A stretch of 64,000 nucleotides of DNA. Source: Squalus acanthias. Its lineage: Eukaryota. Each line of letters begins with the position of its first letter. The stretch's first letter is position 1. Below, piece by piece: positions 48,793 through 61,912 of the stretch. A program made the position numbers and the translations under genes. The notes beneath the pieces are model-generated. The model was not told the DNA's origin, did no database searches, and worked only from the letters and a program-made list of their open reading frames with translations. Where the stretch lies: positions 126,420,001 to 126,484,000 of the forward strand of contig CM059431.1 in the NCBI GenBank assembly GCA_030390025.1, given 5' to 3'.

Positions 48793-51700
48793 GGGAATGG
48801 TAGCATAGTGGTAATGTCACTGGGCTAGTACTCCAGAAGGCCTGGATTAATGATCCAGAGACATGAGTTCAAATCCCACCAAGGCAGCTGGGGAATTTAA
48901 ATAAATCTGGAATAAAAATTTAGTATCAGTAATGGTAACCATGAAACTATCGGATTGTCATAAAAACCCATCTGGTTCACTAGTAGGGAAGAACATCTGC
49001 TGTCCTTACCTGGTCTGGCCTATATGTGACTCCAGACCCATAGCAATGTTGTTGACTCTTAAGTGCCCTCTGAAATGGCCTAGCAAGCCACACAGTTGTA
49101 ACATACTGCTACGAAACACAATAATAAGAATGAAACTGGACGGCATCAACCTTGGCACCAGCTACGGATGCGGCAATGGCGAAGTTCTCCTCACCAACAT
49201 CTGGGGACTTGTGCTAAAGTTGGGAGAACTGCCCCACAGACTGACATAGTCATACTCACAGAATCATACCTGTCAGCCAATGTCCCGAACTCCTCCATCA
49301 CCATCACTGGATATGTCCTGTCCCACCGGCAGGACAGACCCACCAGGGGTGGTGGCACAGTGGTATACCGTCGGGAAGACGTGGCCCTGGGAGTCCTCAA
49401 CATTGACTCCAGACCCCATGAAGTCTCATGTCTTCAGGTCAAGCATGGGCAAGGAAACCTCCTGCTGATTACCACATACTGCCCTCCCTCAACTGATGAA
49501 TCAGTATTCCTCCATGTTGAACACCACCTGGAAGAAGCACTGAGAGTAGCAAGGGCACAGAATACACTCTGGATGGGAGACTTCAATGTCCATCACCAAG
49601 AGTGGCTGGGTAGCACCACTACTGACTGAGCTGGCCGAGTCCTGAAGCTGCCAGGCTGGGCCTATGACAGGTTGTGAGAGAACCAACACGAGGGGAAAAC
49701 CTACTTGACTTCGTCCTCACCAATCTACCTGTCGCAGATGCATCTGTCCATGACAGTATTGGTAGCAGTGACCACCGCACAGTCATTGTGGAGACGACGT
49801 CCCATCTTCACAATGAGGACACCCTCCGTCGTGCTGTGTGGCCCTACCACCATGCTAAATGGGATAGATTCAGAAGAGATCTAGCAGCTCAAAACTGGGA
49901 ATCCATGAGGCGCTGTGGGCCATCAGCTGCAGCAAAATTGTATTCCACCACAATCTGTAAACTCATGGCTCAGCATATCCCTCACTCTACCATTACCATC
50001 AAGCCAGGGGACCAACCCTGGTTCAATGAGGAGTGTTGAGCATGCCAGGAGCAGCACCAAGCGTACCTAAAAATGAGGTGCCAACCTGGGGAAGCTGCAA
50101 CACAGGACTACATGCATGCTAAAAAGTGGAAGCAGCATGCTATAGACAGGGCTAAGCGACCACACAATCAATGGATCAGAACAAAGCTCTGCAGTCCTGC
50201 CACATCCAGTCGTGAATGGTGGTGGACCATTAAACAACTAACGGGAGGAGGAGGCTCCATGAATATCCCCATCCTCAATGATGGTGCAGCCCAGCATATG
50301 TGAGTGTAAAAGACAAGGTTGAAGCGTTTGCAACCATCTTCAGCCAGAAGTACCGAGTGGATGATCCATATTGGCCTTCTCCTGAGGTCCCTACCATCAC
50401 AGAAGCCAGTCTTCAGCTAAATCAATTCACGCCACATGATATCAAGAAACAGCTCAGCGCACTGGATACAGCAAAGGTTATGGGCCCCGACAACATCCCG
50501 GCTATCGTGCTGAAGACTTGTGCTCCAGAACTGGCCGCGCCTCTAGCAATGCTGTTCCAGTACAGCTACAACACTGGCATCTATCCGACAACGTGGAAAG
50601 CTGCCCAGGTATGTCCTGTCCACAAAAAGCAGGACAAATCCAACTCAGCCAATTCCCACCCCATCAGTCTACTCTCAATCATCAGCAACGTGATGGAAGG
50701 TGTCATCGACAGTGCTGTCAAGCTGCACTTACTCACCAATAACCTGGTCACTGATGCGCAGTTTGGGTTCCGCCAAGACCACTCAGCTCCTGACCTCATT
50801 ACAGCCTTGGTCCAAACATGGAAAAAGGAGCTGAATTCCAGAGGTGAGGTCAGAGTGACTGCCCTTGGCATCAAGGCAGCATTTGCCCGAGTGTGGTATG
50901 AAAGAGCCCTAGTAAAACTGAAGTCAATGGGAATTGGGGGGAAACTCTCCACTGGCTGGAGTCATACCTAGCACAGAGGAATTTGGTTGTGGTGATTGCC
51001 CCAGGACATCACTGCAGGTGTTCCTCAGGGCAGTGTTCTAGGCCCAATCATCTTCAGCGGCTTCATCAATGACCTTCCCTCCAACATAAGGTCAGAAATG
51101 GGGATGTTTGCTGATGACTGCACAGTGTTCAGTGCCATTCACAACTCCTCAAATAACGAAGCAGTCCATGCCCGCATGCAACAAGACCTGGACGACATTT
51201 AGGCTTGGGCAGATAAATGGCAGGTAACATTAGCGCCACAGAAGTGCCAGGCAACGACTATCTCCAACAAGCGAGAGTCTAACCACCGCCCCATGACATT
51301 CAATGGCATTACCATCGCTGTATCCCCCACCATCAACATCCTGGGGGTCACCATTGACCAGAAACTTAACCGGACCAGCCACAAAAATACTGTGGCAACA
51401 AGAGCAGGTCAGAGGCGAGTGTCTCACCTCCTGACTCCCTAAAGTCTTTCTACCATCTACAAGGCACAAGTAAGGAGTGTGATGGAATACTCTCCACTTG
51501 CCTGGATGAGTGCAGCTCCAATAAAACACTCAAGAAGCTCGATACCATCCAGGACAAAGCAGCCTGCTTGATTGGCACCCCATCCACCACCTTAAACATT
51601 CACTCCCTCCACCACCGGCGTACCGTGGCTGCAGTGTGTACCATCTACAAGATGCACTGCAGCTACTCGCCAAGGCTTCTTCAACAGCACCTCCCAAACC

Positions 51701-52000
51701 CACGACCTCTTCCACCTAGAAGGACAAGGGCAGCAGGCGCATGGGAACACCACCACCTCCAAGTTCCCCTCCAAGTCACTCGCCATCCTGACTTAGAAGT
51801 ATATCACCGATCCTTCATCGTCGCTGGGTCAAAATCCTGGAACTCCCTACCTAACAGCATTGTGGGAGTACCTTCACTACACGAACTACAGCGGTTCAAG
51901 AAGGCAGCTCATCACCACCTTCTCAAGGGCAACTAGTGATGGGCAATAAGTGCTGCCCTTGCCAGCGACGCCCACATCCCATGAACAAATTTTTAAAAAA
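48793..52000 (+). mobile_element. CR1-group LINE with a tRNA-like 5' head and a single EN-RT ORF (disrupted)
   Basis: A box TAGCATAGTGG and B box GAGTTCAAATCC. DIVILTESYL, MGDFNVHH, SSDH, MGPDNIP, QFGFR, GVPQGSVLGP, FADDCT. Short 3' UTR and A-rich tail. Confidence 0.85.
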
Positions 52001-52134
52001 CTACCAGAGAACCATATTGTGAAACCCTCATGTCACTCATTTCCTCATCTTGCTCTCCCAGTACTTCACAGACATCATGCACTCTATCCAACCCAAGAAC
52101 CAACTCAGCGACGTCTGCCCCAGGGAATGTACTA

Positions 52135-53816
52135 GATGAGCGTAAAGGTAGCAAAACAGATAGTAAGAGCTACAAAAAGGGAGTATGAAAATAAATCTGC
52201 AAGGGATATCAAAATAAACACAAAGATTTTTACAGTTATATTAGGAATAAGAGGGTGGTCAGGAGCAATGTGGGCCTGTTGAAAGCTGATAACGGTGATA
52301 TTGTAAATGAAAATAAGGAAATGGGGAGCATGTTGAATAATTACTTTGCATCAATGTTTAGAGTAGAGGAAGAGGATTGCATGCCGGATATCCAAGAAAA
52401 TTAACATTGAATTAGGGGAGGGGACTCACCAAAATTAACATAATTCACAATAACAGAAATGAAGAAAATAATGGTACTAAAGAGTGACAAATCCCCAGGA
52501 CCAGATGGTTTCCATCCCAGAGTTTTAAAGGTAGTAAGTGAGAATATTGCAGATAACCAAACTATAATCTTACAAAGTTCTCTCAAATCAGGAACCGTTC
52601 CTTTAGATTGGAAAATTGCACATGTCTCTTTGCTATTTAAGAAAGTTGAGAGAGGGAAACCAGGGAATTATAGACCAGTTAGCCTAACATTGTCATGAAA
52701 TTACTAGAGTCTATAATTAAGGATAGGGTGACAGAACACCTTGAAAATTTTCAGCTGATCAGAGAGAGCCAGCATGAATTTGTGAAAGGAAGGTCATGCC
52801 TGATGAACCTGATGAGGTGACTAAAGTAGTGGACAGGAGAATGTCTGTGGATGTTATTTATATAGACTTGCAGAAGGCATTCAATAAAGTCCCTCATAAG
52901 AGGCTGTTAGCTAAAATTGAAATAGAAGGCAAATTATTGACCTGATTAGGAAATTGGCTGAATGGCAGGAGACAGAGAGTAGGGATAATGGACAGGTACT
53001 CTAATTGGCAGGATGTGACTAGTGGTGTCCCACAGGGATATCTTTGTTGGGGCCTCAACATTTGCTGTATTTATTAATGGCTCCGATGATGGGACAGAGA
53101 GCCACATAGCCAAGTTTGCCGATGACACAAAGATAGGTGGCATTGTAGGGAATGTAGATGGAAGCATAAAATTTACAAAGAGATATTAATAGATTAAGTG
53201 AACGGGCAAAACTGTGGCAAATGGATTTCAATATATGCAAGTATGAGGTCATCCACTTTGGCCCTAAAAGGGATAGATCAGAGTACTTATTAAATGGTGA
53301 AAAAATAGAAAGAGTGGAGGTCTAGAGAGACTTAAGGGTTCATGTACATAGAACATTAAAATGTAATGGACAGGTACAGAAAATAATCAAAAAGGCAAAT
53401 GGAATGCTGGCCTTTATATCTAGAGGACTAGAATACAAGGGGGTAGAGGTTATGCTGCAGCTGTACAAAGCCCTGGTTAGACCACACCTGGAGTACTGTG
53501 AGCAGTTCTGGGCACCACACCTTCGGAAGAATATATTGGCCTTGGAGGGAGTGCAGCGTAGGTTTACCAGAATGATACCTGGACTCCAAGGGTTAAATTA
53601 CGATAAGATATTACACAAACTAGGGCTGTATTCCCTGGAATTTAGAAGGTTAAAGGGTGATTTGATCGAAGTTTTCAAGATATTAAGGGGAACAGATAGG
53701 GTAGATAGAGAGAAACTATTTTCACTTATTGAGGAGTCTAGGACTAGGGGACGTAGCCTAAAAATTAGAGCCAGATCTTTCAAAAGTGAAGTTAGGAAAC
53801 ACTTCTACACGCAAAG
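52135..53816 (+). mobile_element. CR1 ORF2 fragment
   Basis: [41 protein letters not shown]. Confidence 0.9.
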
Positions 53817-54368
53817 GCTGTCACCTAAATGTCATTTTGCTTCTCCCCTCCTACAGCAACTTAACCCCAATTACCCGCTGCCTTCCCGCGGATTCAATTT
53901 TATCTGCTCTTTTGAACAGGCGAGAGGGACACCCGTTGGCAGGCAGTGGGGTCCTTTTTTAAATATGTAAATCAGGCTCCAATATAGAGCGCAACTGCAA
54001 TTTTAAGCTGAGGCCAGTGAAGGGATGCCAGGTCATCCTGGTGGCAAGAGGAGCCGGGACCATAAGAGGACGAGAAAGTTATTAATTTTTTTGTTTCTTT
54101 GTGGCCCATGAGGAGCAGGAGTTCTCCTACATGCCCCACAAGGAAACATTGGGCATTCCTGCCCTGGGTTTTCCTCCCCCTCTTCCAATCATGAGGCCTT
54201 CCCACTCTCCGTTCCTCCCAACTACTTACCTGAGTTCCGAGGACCGTTCCTTTGGGTTCCCCATAGCAGCTTAATGCCCCTTGAGACCCCACTCCCGCCC
54301 GTCGGCCAGCTAGCTCAACCCACCAGGTTCATCTAGGCAGATGAGACCATGGAGCTAAAATCGGCCCT
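53817..54368. mobile_element. MITE remnant related to family 3
   Basis: Shares TTGTGG.CC..GAGGAGCAGGAGT and TTAAATATGT motifs with 33869-34364 and 59846-60642. Ends AAAATCGGCCC. Confidence 0.5.
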
Positions 54369-55478
54369 CAAGGGGAAGCACTGTCAAAGAAAACACTAGG
54401 CGCACACTGTAATATATTTTCATGTTAAAATTATGGTTGCATTAAAGTTGTGTTGCAAGACATTATTCTTGAAAGGTGTGGAAGTTGTTATGATGTGTTG
54501 GAATCAATGGGAGCTTTTCAGGTGTTACACATAGAGAAGAACCTGTAGGTGATGGCTTATTTGTGGACAGATGGAGTCCAGAGGACTGTTAATGCATTGG
54601 TCATATATGATAGTCAACAGAAGTTCTCCTGCACGAAATGCACAAATGGTAATGGCAATGATTGTCCTGAGCAACCTCTTCAAGCTACTGCTGCTCCCCT
54701 TGATAATCCCTTTCCTGCCAATTGAGGCCCCCTACCTCCCGAGTATCCATGGCAGGATTTTGCACTGGAAAGCAGGGCAAGACACAAGAGTTGTTCACCA
54801 GCCTCAGGGCCTTCTCATAGCCCGAGGCCCGAAGATCATCTTGAGGAGATTCAATGTACAAAAATCAAATTTACCTGCTGAATCTTCAGGCTGCCCCAGT
54901 GTCCCCAAAGACCCTCTGCTCCAATACCTGCTTTCTTCAGGTCGCCGTCTGATGGGGTACCCCACAGTTGATGATCACATAACTGAGGCAGAGATCAGGA
55001 AGCCCTCCCTCCCACTTAATTTACATTCTAACCGTTGGCCTGTGCATACTCCAGATGCAGGCTCCCTGACGTCTGACTGGAATGTTGAGGAAATCCCTGG
55101 ACAGTGCATTGGTGCAGGGAGCTGCGGTATTGGGTCCCTACCCTTTTATTATCTTTGTTACATCTCCTAACTAATTGTTCCCGCAGCATGACAAAGAAGA
55201 AAATCCACCCTCAGATGATTTCAACTTCCTGTATATCAGTTTGGAAAGAAAAAAGATAGTCCTACTAATCAACCATGTTGTTGGCATAATTGTATGGTTC
55301 GAGAAGGGGAATCCTCAGGAAGTAAAATAAAATGGGTTTGCATGTATAATTTAATTCAGGCAGTTCTGTTTCCTTAGCATGACTGAAGCTAGTTAATCTG
55401 TATAAAGTATGGCATTTTTAAAACAATTTGGCATGTCTAGGAAACAACTAGTATTTCTGTAGCAATCCTCATCATATT

Positions 55479-56243
55479 GGGCCAGAAATTCGGCTCCCTG
55501 GCTTCCCGCGGGTGCAAGGATCACGCGCGCACCTACCTACCGCGCCTGCCATTGACCACTGGGCCCACGGGGACTTCGGCTCCTGGGCCTCCCCCAACTG
55601 CCGGCGCGCAGTGCTTGCGTGTCCCAGGGGCGTAGTTAGTGCGATGCATCCCCTGGGATCACGTGGGCCATGGAGAGCCAATGGCAGCAGACCATCTTTC
55701 ATTCATAGATTTGACAGGAAGACCTGTCAAATCTATGAATACAGATCGGCCCCAAAACATCCCTAAAACTACAAATGAATTATAAAAAAAAATCACATTT
55801 TTAAAATAACTATAAATTACATTAATTAACTATTTTGAACAAAAATTTAAATTTTTGAAAAAATTATTTACATTTTTTAACGGGGCTAAAACTAAACTTA
55901 CCTTTCTTTAAAGTAATTAAAAAAGATAAATCTGTGAAAAAAATGTTTAAATTTTAATAAAATCAACACTTACCTTGTTAAAAGAAGGCCTTGCGCATCC
56001 TTTTTAAAAGTGTATCTTCTCCGTGCTTACCTTCACGGAGGAACCTGTAAAAAAATCCGAAGTGCGAGGCGAACGCGCTGGCCCTCCGGCGTGCGCGTTC
56101 GACCCCTGAACCCCTTTCCTCAGGGGAACGGAAGTGCCGGTTTCCCGCACATGCGCAGTGCATGCAAGAAACTGGCACTTTCGTTCCGTCCACGGGTGAG
56201 TACACAGTGCGTACTCACCCGACAACAGCCGAATTTCTGCCCC
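55479..56243. mobile_element. Harbinger-like MITE family 1, copy 5
   Basis: TIR GGGCCAGAAATTCGGC (1 mismatch), ATT/ATT TSD, reverse orientation of copy 4. Confidence 0.92.
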
Positions 56244-56629
56244 ATTATTCAGTGACTGCGTTATTGCTAAATGTTATGTAGCAAAGTTTAATTCAGAGTT
56301 TGACGTTAACTCAATTTCCTATTTAATATGCCTGTCAATACCAATTATTTCATAAAAACGAATTATGCAATACTATTGTAAAATATCTAATTTCAAATAT
56401 CAACTTGATCTGACATGATCAATATGTTTTGTTACAGCCACTGAATTTAAAAAAATTGTTCAGGTGCTCTGTCAATCTGAAACATCCCATAATGCAGTTA
56501 TACTGCACAGTTTCTGAAATAGTTTCTGACTGCAGTGACACTAAATGAGTAATATAACTATAGGCCAGCTGCCATCAATTGGCGATTTTGCTCTGGTTGT
56601 GAAACCAGCTGGCGTAGGCCGTCATACTA

Positions 56630-57325
56630 AGAGGTTTATGTTAAACTTGTATCGAACCTTGGTTAGACTACACTTAGAGCACTGTGTACAGTTCTGGTCT
56701 CCATATTACAAAAAAGTTGTAGAGGCACTGGAGTAGGTGAAAAAAGATTTGCAAGAATTATATCAGAAATAAAAGGTTCTAACTACAGTATCAGGATAGA
56801 CTGAACAGGCTAGGCTCTTTTCTCTAGAATAAAGAAGTCTGAAGGGTGACCTGATCAAGGTCTTTAAGATTATGAAGGGGTTTGAAAGGGTAGACGTAGA
56901 GAAGATGTTTTCATTTAGACAAAAAATAGGAGCAGGAGTAGGCCATTCGGCCCTTCGAACCTGCTCCGCCATTCAATATGATCATGGCTGATCCTCTATC
57001 TCAATACAAGGGAGACCAGAACTAGGAGGCATAAATACATGATAGTCACTAATAAATTTAATGAGGAATTCAGGATAAACGTCTTTACCCAGAGAGTGGT
57101 TTGAGTGGAACCTGTTCCCATATGAAGTAGTTGAGGTGACTAGCATAGATGCATTTAAGGGGAGGCTAGATAAGTACATGAGGGAGAAAGGAATAGAAGG
57201 ATATGCTAATAGGGTTAGATGAAGTAGGGTGGGAGGAGGCTCGTGTGGAGCATAAACACCGGCATAGACCAGTTGGGTCGAATGGCCTGTTTCTGTGGTG
57301 TAAATTCTATGTAATTCTATGTAAT
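56630..57325 (+). mobile_element. CR1 3' end with an antisense CR1 3'-UTR fragment (about 56915-57005) inside
   Basis: LYRTLVRLHLEHCVQFWSPYY and an (AATTCTATGT)2 tail. The insert matches the reverse complement of the 6996-7075-type UTR. Confidence 0.85.
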
Positions 57326-57942
57326 ACACCACATCAGTTTAACTGCAAGTGGCATGAAACCATCATTATAAAACTGAGTTTTAAGCATGCAAAGCTCCCA
57401 AGTGATCCTCTGACCACCTTCAAATTTCCCATGTTAGGAAAGAGCCAGCAGAAAATCATCTCTTTTGTAACATTAACAATTTCAATGATCAATGAGCAGA
57501 GTACTACATATTCAATTCAGCTCTCCTTTTCCTGCTGTGAATGACGAACAGGCAGTATAATTCCAAAGAACATGCTTGCAGCTCTCTCAAACATGTACTG
57601 GTGTAAATCCGGTAGGTGCTGTATAACTGTACCATAAATTATAAAGGGTATTTTTCGGACTTCACACTGCCAGCAGGTGAGGTCTTCCCACTGGGAAATC
57701 AAAAGTGGAAAATTACCCCTTTGCTTCTTTAACTGTGATTCCCAAAGGATTCTAAAGTTATAAAGCCACTGAAGTGATTTTAATAAAATTTAAATGCTTC
57801 AGGTCAATGGAGTCTCCTATTATAATTGACATTCTGAATAGCTTTCAAATGAAGATAATATATTTTTTTAAATGTCATTGTTTAAACAGTAAATTGACAA
57901 TGACACACACAATACTATCCCTTACAGGGTGACTATATCGTA

Positions 57943-58109
57943 AGATAGATTTTCAACTTGCCACCCGGGCGCAAAAACTGATGTTGCTGATCGGCCGCCC
58001 ATCATAGAAACAATGAAAACAATGGAAATGAATATCAGGTGGTTTCTATAATGAGCAGCTGATCTGCAATGCCAGTTTTACACCCAGATAGCAAGTTGAA
58101 AATCTGCCT
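57943..58109. mobile_element. About 167-bp fold-back MITE
   Basis: AGATTTTCAACTTGC...GCAAGTTGAAAATCT termini, with imperfect complementarity along most of the length. Confidence 0.7.
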
Positions 58110-58122
58110 CATAGATTTCCAT

Positions 58123-59200
58123 TCAACAACAGTAGCCTACATTTATATAGCATCTTTAATATAAAGAAACACCCGAATCTTTCTTTATGGTGATCAAAAA
58201 CTTGGTCAAAGGTATGGGTTTCAAGAAGGTTTCTAAAAGGTGGGAGGGAGTTCTGGAGGGTACGATGGAGATGGTTGAAAGCCAGTGATGGGGTAGGGTT
58301 AGGGGAAATGCACAAAAGGGCAACATAAAAGAAAGAGAGAGAATGTAGGGCTTGAGCGATTTATAGATCAGATGAGGATTAAAAATCGAATTGCTCTAGG
58401 ACATGGAAAGCCAGTGTAGATCAGTGAAGATAGGGGGACAAAGTATGAGACAGGATACAAGTGGCAGAATATTTAATAAATTCAGAGTTTCTGGAGGGTA
58501 GAGAATGGTAGACCAGCAGGAAAAGTGTTGGAATAGCCAAGTCCGATTGTGACAAAGATAAGTATAAGTGTTTCAGCAGCATGGCAGCTGAGGTATGGAT
58601 GGAGGCAGGTGCTGTTGAGAAGGTGAAAGTAAGCAGCAGTGGTGATGGATATGATACGGGGTTGAAAGCTCAGCTGAGAGTTGAACAGGATGGCAAGGTT
58701 GTGACAAGTCAGGTTCAGCCTAAGAAAATGGCCAGGAAGTAGGATTGAATCAGTGGCATGGGAACAGAGTTTGCAGCGGAAACCAAAGACAACAGCTTTA
58801 GTTCATTCAACATTGCGCATCAGGAAGTTGTAACTCATCAGGACTTTACGCCGGACAAGCGGTCTGATAACACGGAGGCAGTCAAAGGGGTGAGAGATGG
58901 TGAAGTGGTCGAGGTGATTATCTTTAGTGTACATGTGAAAGTTAACCCTGTACCTATAGTTGATATCAGTAAGGGGCCGGTTGTAGATAAAGAAGAGGAG
59001 GAGGCATGAACATTTCCTTTGGGAATCCAGCAGGTGACAGTGCTGGAGGGAGAGCAGAAGTCATTGCTGGTGACGCAGGAGCTCTGTTCAGACAACAATG
59101 CAAGGATAGTCCCATGGAGCTGTATAACGGAGGAGAGGCATAGGAGGAGAATGTTGTAGAACGGCCACAGAGGATGAAAAAGGTCATAGTATTCCCAATA
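58123..59200 (-). mobile_element. Old, diverged L2 fragment
   Basis: CAACAACAG...CATTTATATAGCATCTTT tail and collinear similarity to the other L2 3' ends. Confidence 0.7.
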
Positions 59201-59845
59201 CATCCTAAAATGGAAGAGGAACCTGTTTTTACTTCAGATTTCCAGCATCCGCAGTATTTTTGCTTTTGTGAACTATAGTTCTTGAGTTGTACTCTTTACA
59301 ATCCCAAGGGTTTTGGTTCTCACTTGCTGTACCCAGAGGATGCTGGGTCTCACCATGTGCATGTCTCCTGCAGAAGATAACCTTGCAAAGGTTGCAGAGA
59401 AGAAATAGAGACTTGGAGATCAGTCAAAGTCAGGTGGGAGGTGGCTCGTGTTCAGCATAAACACCAGCATAGACCAGTTGTGCTGAATGGCCTGTTTCTG
59501 TGCTGTATATTCTATGTAATTCTATGTAACCAAAAAAAAAACAAGCTGAGATAATTGAGAAAGTTGCTGAAACTATACAATGGTGTATGCCAATGATACT
59601 AGTTGTAAAAATAAAGCATTTTCCAAGGAAAAAGTTAAGTGTAGCTGATACTCAATCCAAGAATTTGTTTCAAGATACAGGTGGATCCGAATCTGAGAAG
59701 GAGGTCAGTATGCCATTGTCTGTAGAAGACAAACAGACAGAAAACAAGAAATGGCTATCAGGAATGCTAAAGAAGGACATTCTAATTAAACTGAAAGTGC
59801 TCTTGTGGATTACTGGACTATTGGACTGTAGGAGGAGAATTCTGG

Positions 59846-60642
59846 AGGTTAAAATGTAAAAACCCAACCCACCTCCAACCCGTCCACTTCTGATTTTAAC
59901 TGAGGCGGGATGGAGAGCGGGCGAACAGCCCGCTCCCAGGAGGCAGATCCCTCATTTAAATATTTTAATGAGGCTGTATTCCTCTATTGTTTCTCTGCTC
60001 CAGCTTTAACGCTGGCCGGCCGGGTTTTCCGAGCTTTGGGAAACCCAGCAGCTGAAGGGAGGCAAGGACTGCTGGTTGCCTTTCCAGCACTGCTTGTGGG
60101 CCAGGAGGAGCAGGAGTGCTTCCCCTCGGCCCTCCAAGCTACCTTGTTATCCTACCCAGCAATAGGACCACCCCTCCACCCCACAATCTGATGCCCTCCT
60201 GATGTCCTCCCCGCCCGCGATCTCCTCCCTGCACTCCCCATGTTCTCCATGGCCTCCTGTGATCTTCTCCCCTCTTCCCCAGATCTCTCTAGGATCCCCC
60301 ATCGATGTCCCCTCTTTCCCCCAAACTCTCCAGGCCCCCCCATCGATGTCTCCCCGACCCCCAATCTCTCGGGCCTCCCCATCGATGTTCCCCCGACCCC
60401 GATTTCTCCCTCCCTCCCTCCTCTATATTCCCTGGCTGCAGCCTGGTGCTGCAGGCCTACCGGCCCGACAGCCAAACAGCCTCTCAGTCTGGCTGGCTGT
60501 GACCGGGAAACAGATTCCAAAAATGGTAATCAGTTCCTGCCTTTAAATTCGGCAGGACCTGAGGGAAACCCACTCTTCCAGGTTTCCTGAATTCAAAACT
60601 GCAACCCTGCTCCCTCCCCACCTCCTCGTAAATATTGGGGCC
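59846..60642. mobile_element. MITE related to family 3, with internal CCCCATCGATGT repeats
   Basis: Right end AAATATTGGGGCC resembles the reverse complement of the 33869 terminus. CCCCATCGATGT occurs three times at 60297-60389. Confidence 0.6.
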
Positions 60643-60675
60643 TATATTTCTAGATTTCTTGAAATAGATTAACTA

Positions 60676-60868
60676 TTGGTTATAACAAGTCATCGTATTA
60701 CTAGAAAACTTAAAAACATGTTCGCTCATTGGGGTATTCCTGAGGAACATACTACCAATAATGGGACACAATTTATGTTTACAGAGTTTCAGGCATTCAG
60801 AACTCAGTATGATCTATATATCATTACTATGAAGGATGATTATTATCCACAAACTAATGGTGAGGCTT
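60676..60868 (+). pseudogene. Gypsy-type integrase (rve) fragment
   Basis: LKNMFAHWGIPEE..TNNGTQF...EFQAF...YYPQTNGEA. Confidence 0.75.
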
Positions 60869-61912
60869 GGAGTGACCCTTGGCTCTGTGGTAGCATTCTC
60901 GCATCTCAGTTGGAAGGTAATGGGTTTGAGCCCCACTCCAGTGATGAGAATTCCGGTTTCCGAAAATTGGTTGACATCCAGTGGGATACTCGCATCCAAT
61001 GGCAGAAGAGAGGCCCTCCATCTCATCTAGCCGGAGCACCTGGCAGGGCTTTGTGAGTCAGGATCATGTCCGACCAGATAAATAGGGTCTTTGTTACAGA
61101 AGCAACCCAGAGCACAATCTGCTGGATGTAAAGCAATGGAAGAAATGGCTTGCCTCATGCCTGTAGGCACGGGAGAGCAAAGAAGAATGGTGAGGCTGAA
61201 GGGCTGTACAAACTTCAAAAGGAATCCTGAAACAAGAGGAATCTTTTCCAGTGATACAGAGAAACTCCAATTGCAGCTACAATTAATATTCCAGCAGAGT
61301 TAATATTATTGTTCTTGTATTGGTAAACTATCTGAAGCCAAACTGACCAAACCTAAAATTGATAAAGCAGATTGAGAAGAAATTAAAGGTATCTTACCAG
61401 CACTTCTGGTAAGCTTCTTGGATTGTGAGCCTTCTAACTACAAAGCTCCTGGGAGATTGTGCACATAATTGGGCAATTCCAGGGCTGAGAGCCGAGTAAA
61501 ATGGTACGATAGGTCTTCCGCCAAATCCGCACCGCTAAAATTCACCACCAAGATTTTTATCAATCCAATTATAGCTGTCCGCTCATTTTCAGTAAATGAT
61601 GGTGAAGGAAGTGGGGCTTAGGCCTCTGGTGAATTTCTCTCTGTTCCCACCTCTGCATTTCCAACTGAAAGGAAGACCTGAAGGATAGAGGTTATAGGGG
61701 TATTGTAGCAGTGGGAGGTAGGCAAAATGAAATATACTGAATAAACAGTAAACACTTTGGCCACTTCTTCTTTCAACCCCTGCACCTGCAGGATATGTGC
61801 AGCTGGGCTTATTTAGAGCCAATGAATATTTAGATTCTGGCTCCCTTAAAATTGGCCCCACCCATTTCAGATGCTACAGTACCTCAAGTTGGAGCCCTAT
61901 TGAAGAGGCTGG

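Noticed and set aside
54571..55170. 199-aa ORF
   Set aside because: No recognisable motifs. It may be a very old transposon remnant, but this cannot be supported from the sequence.
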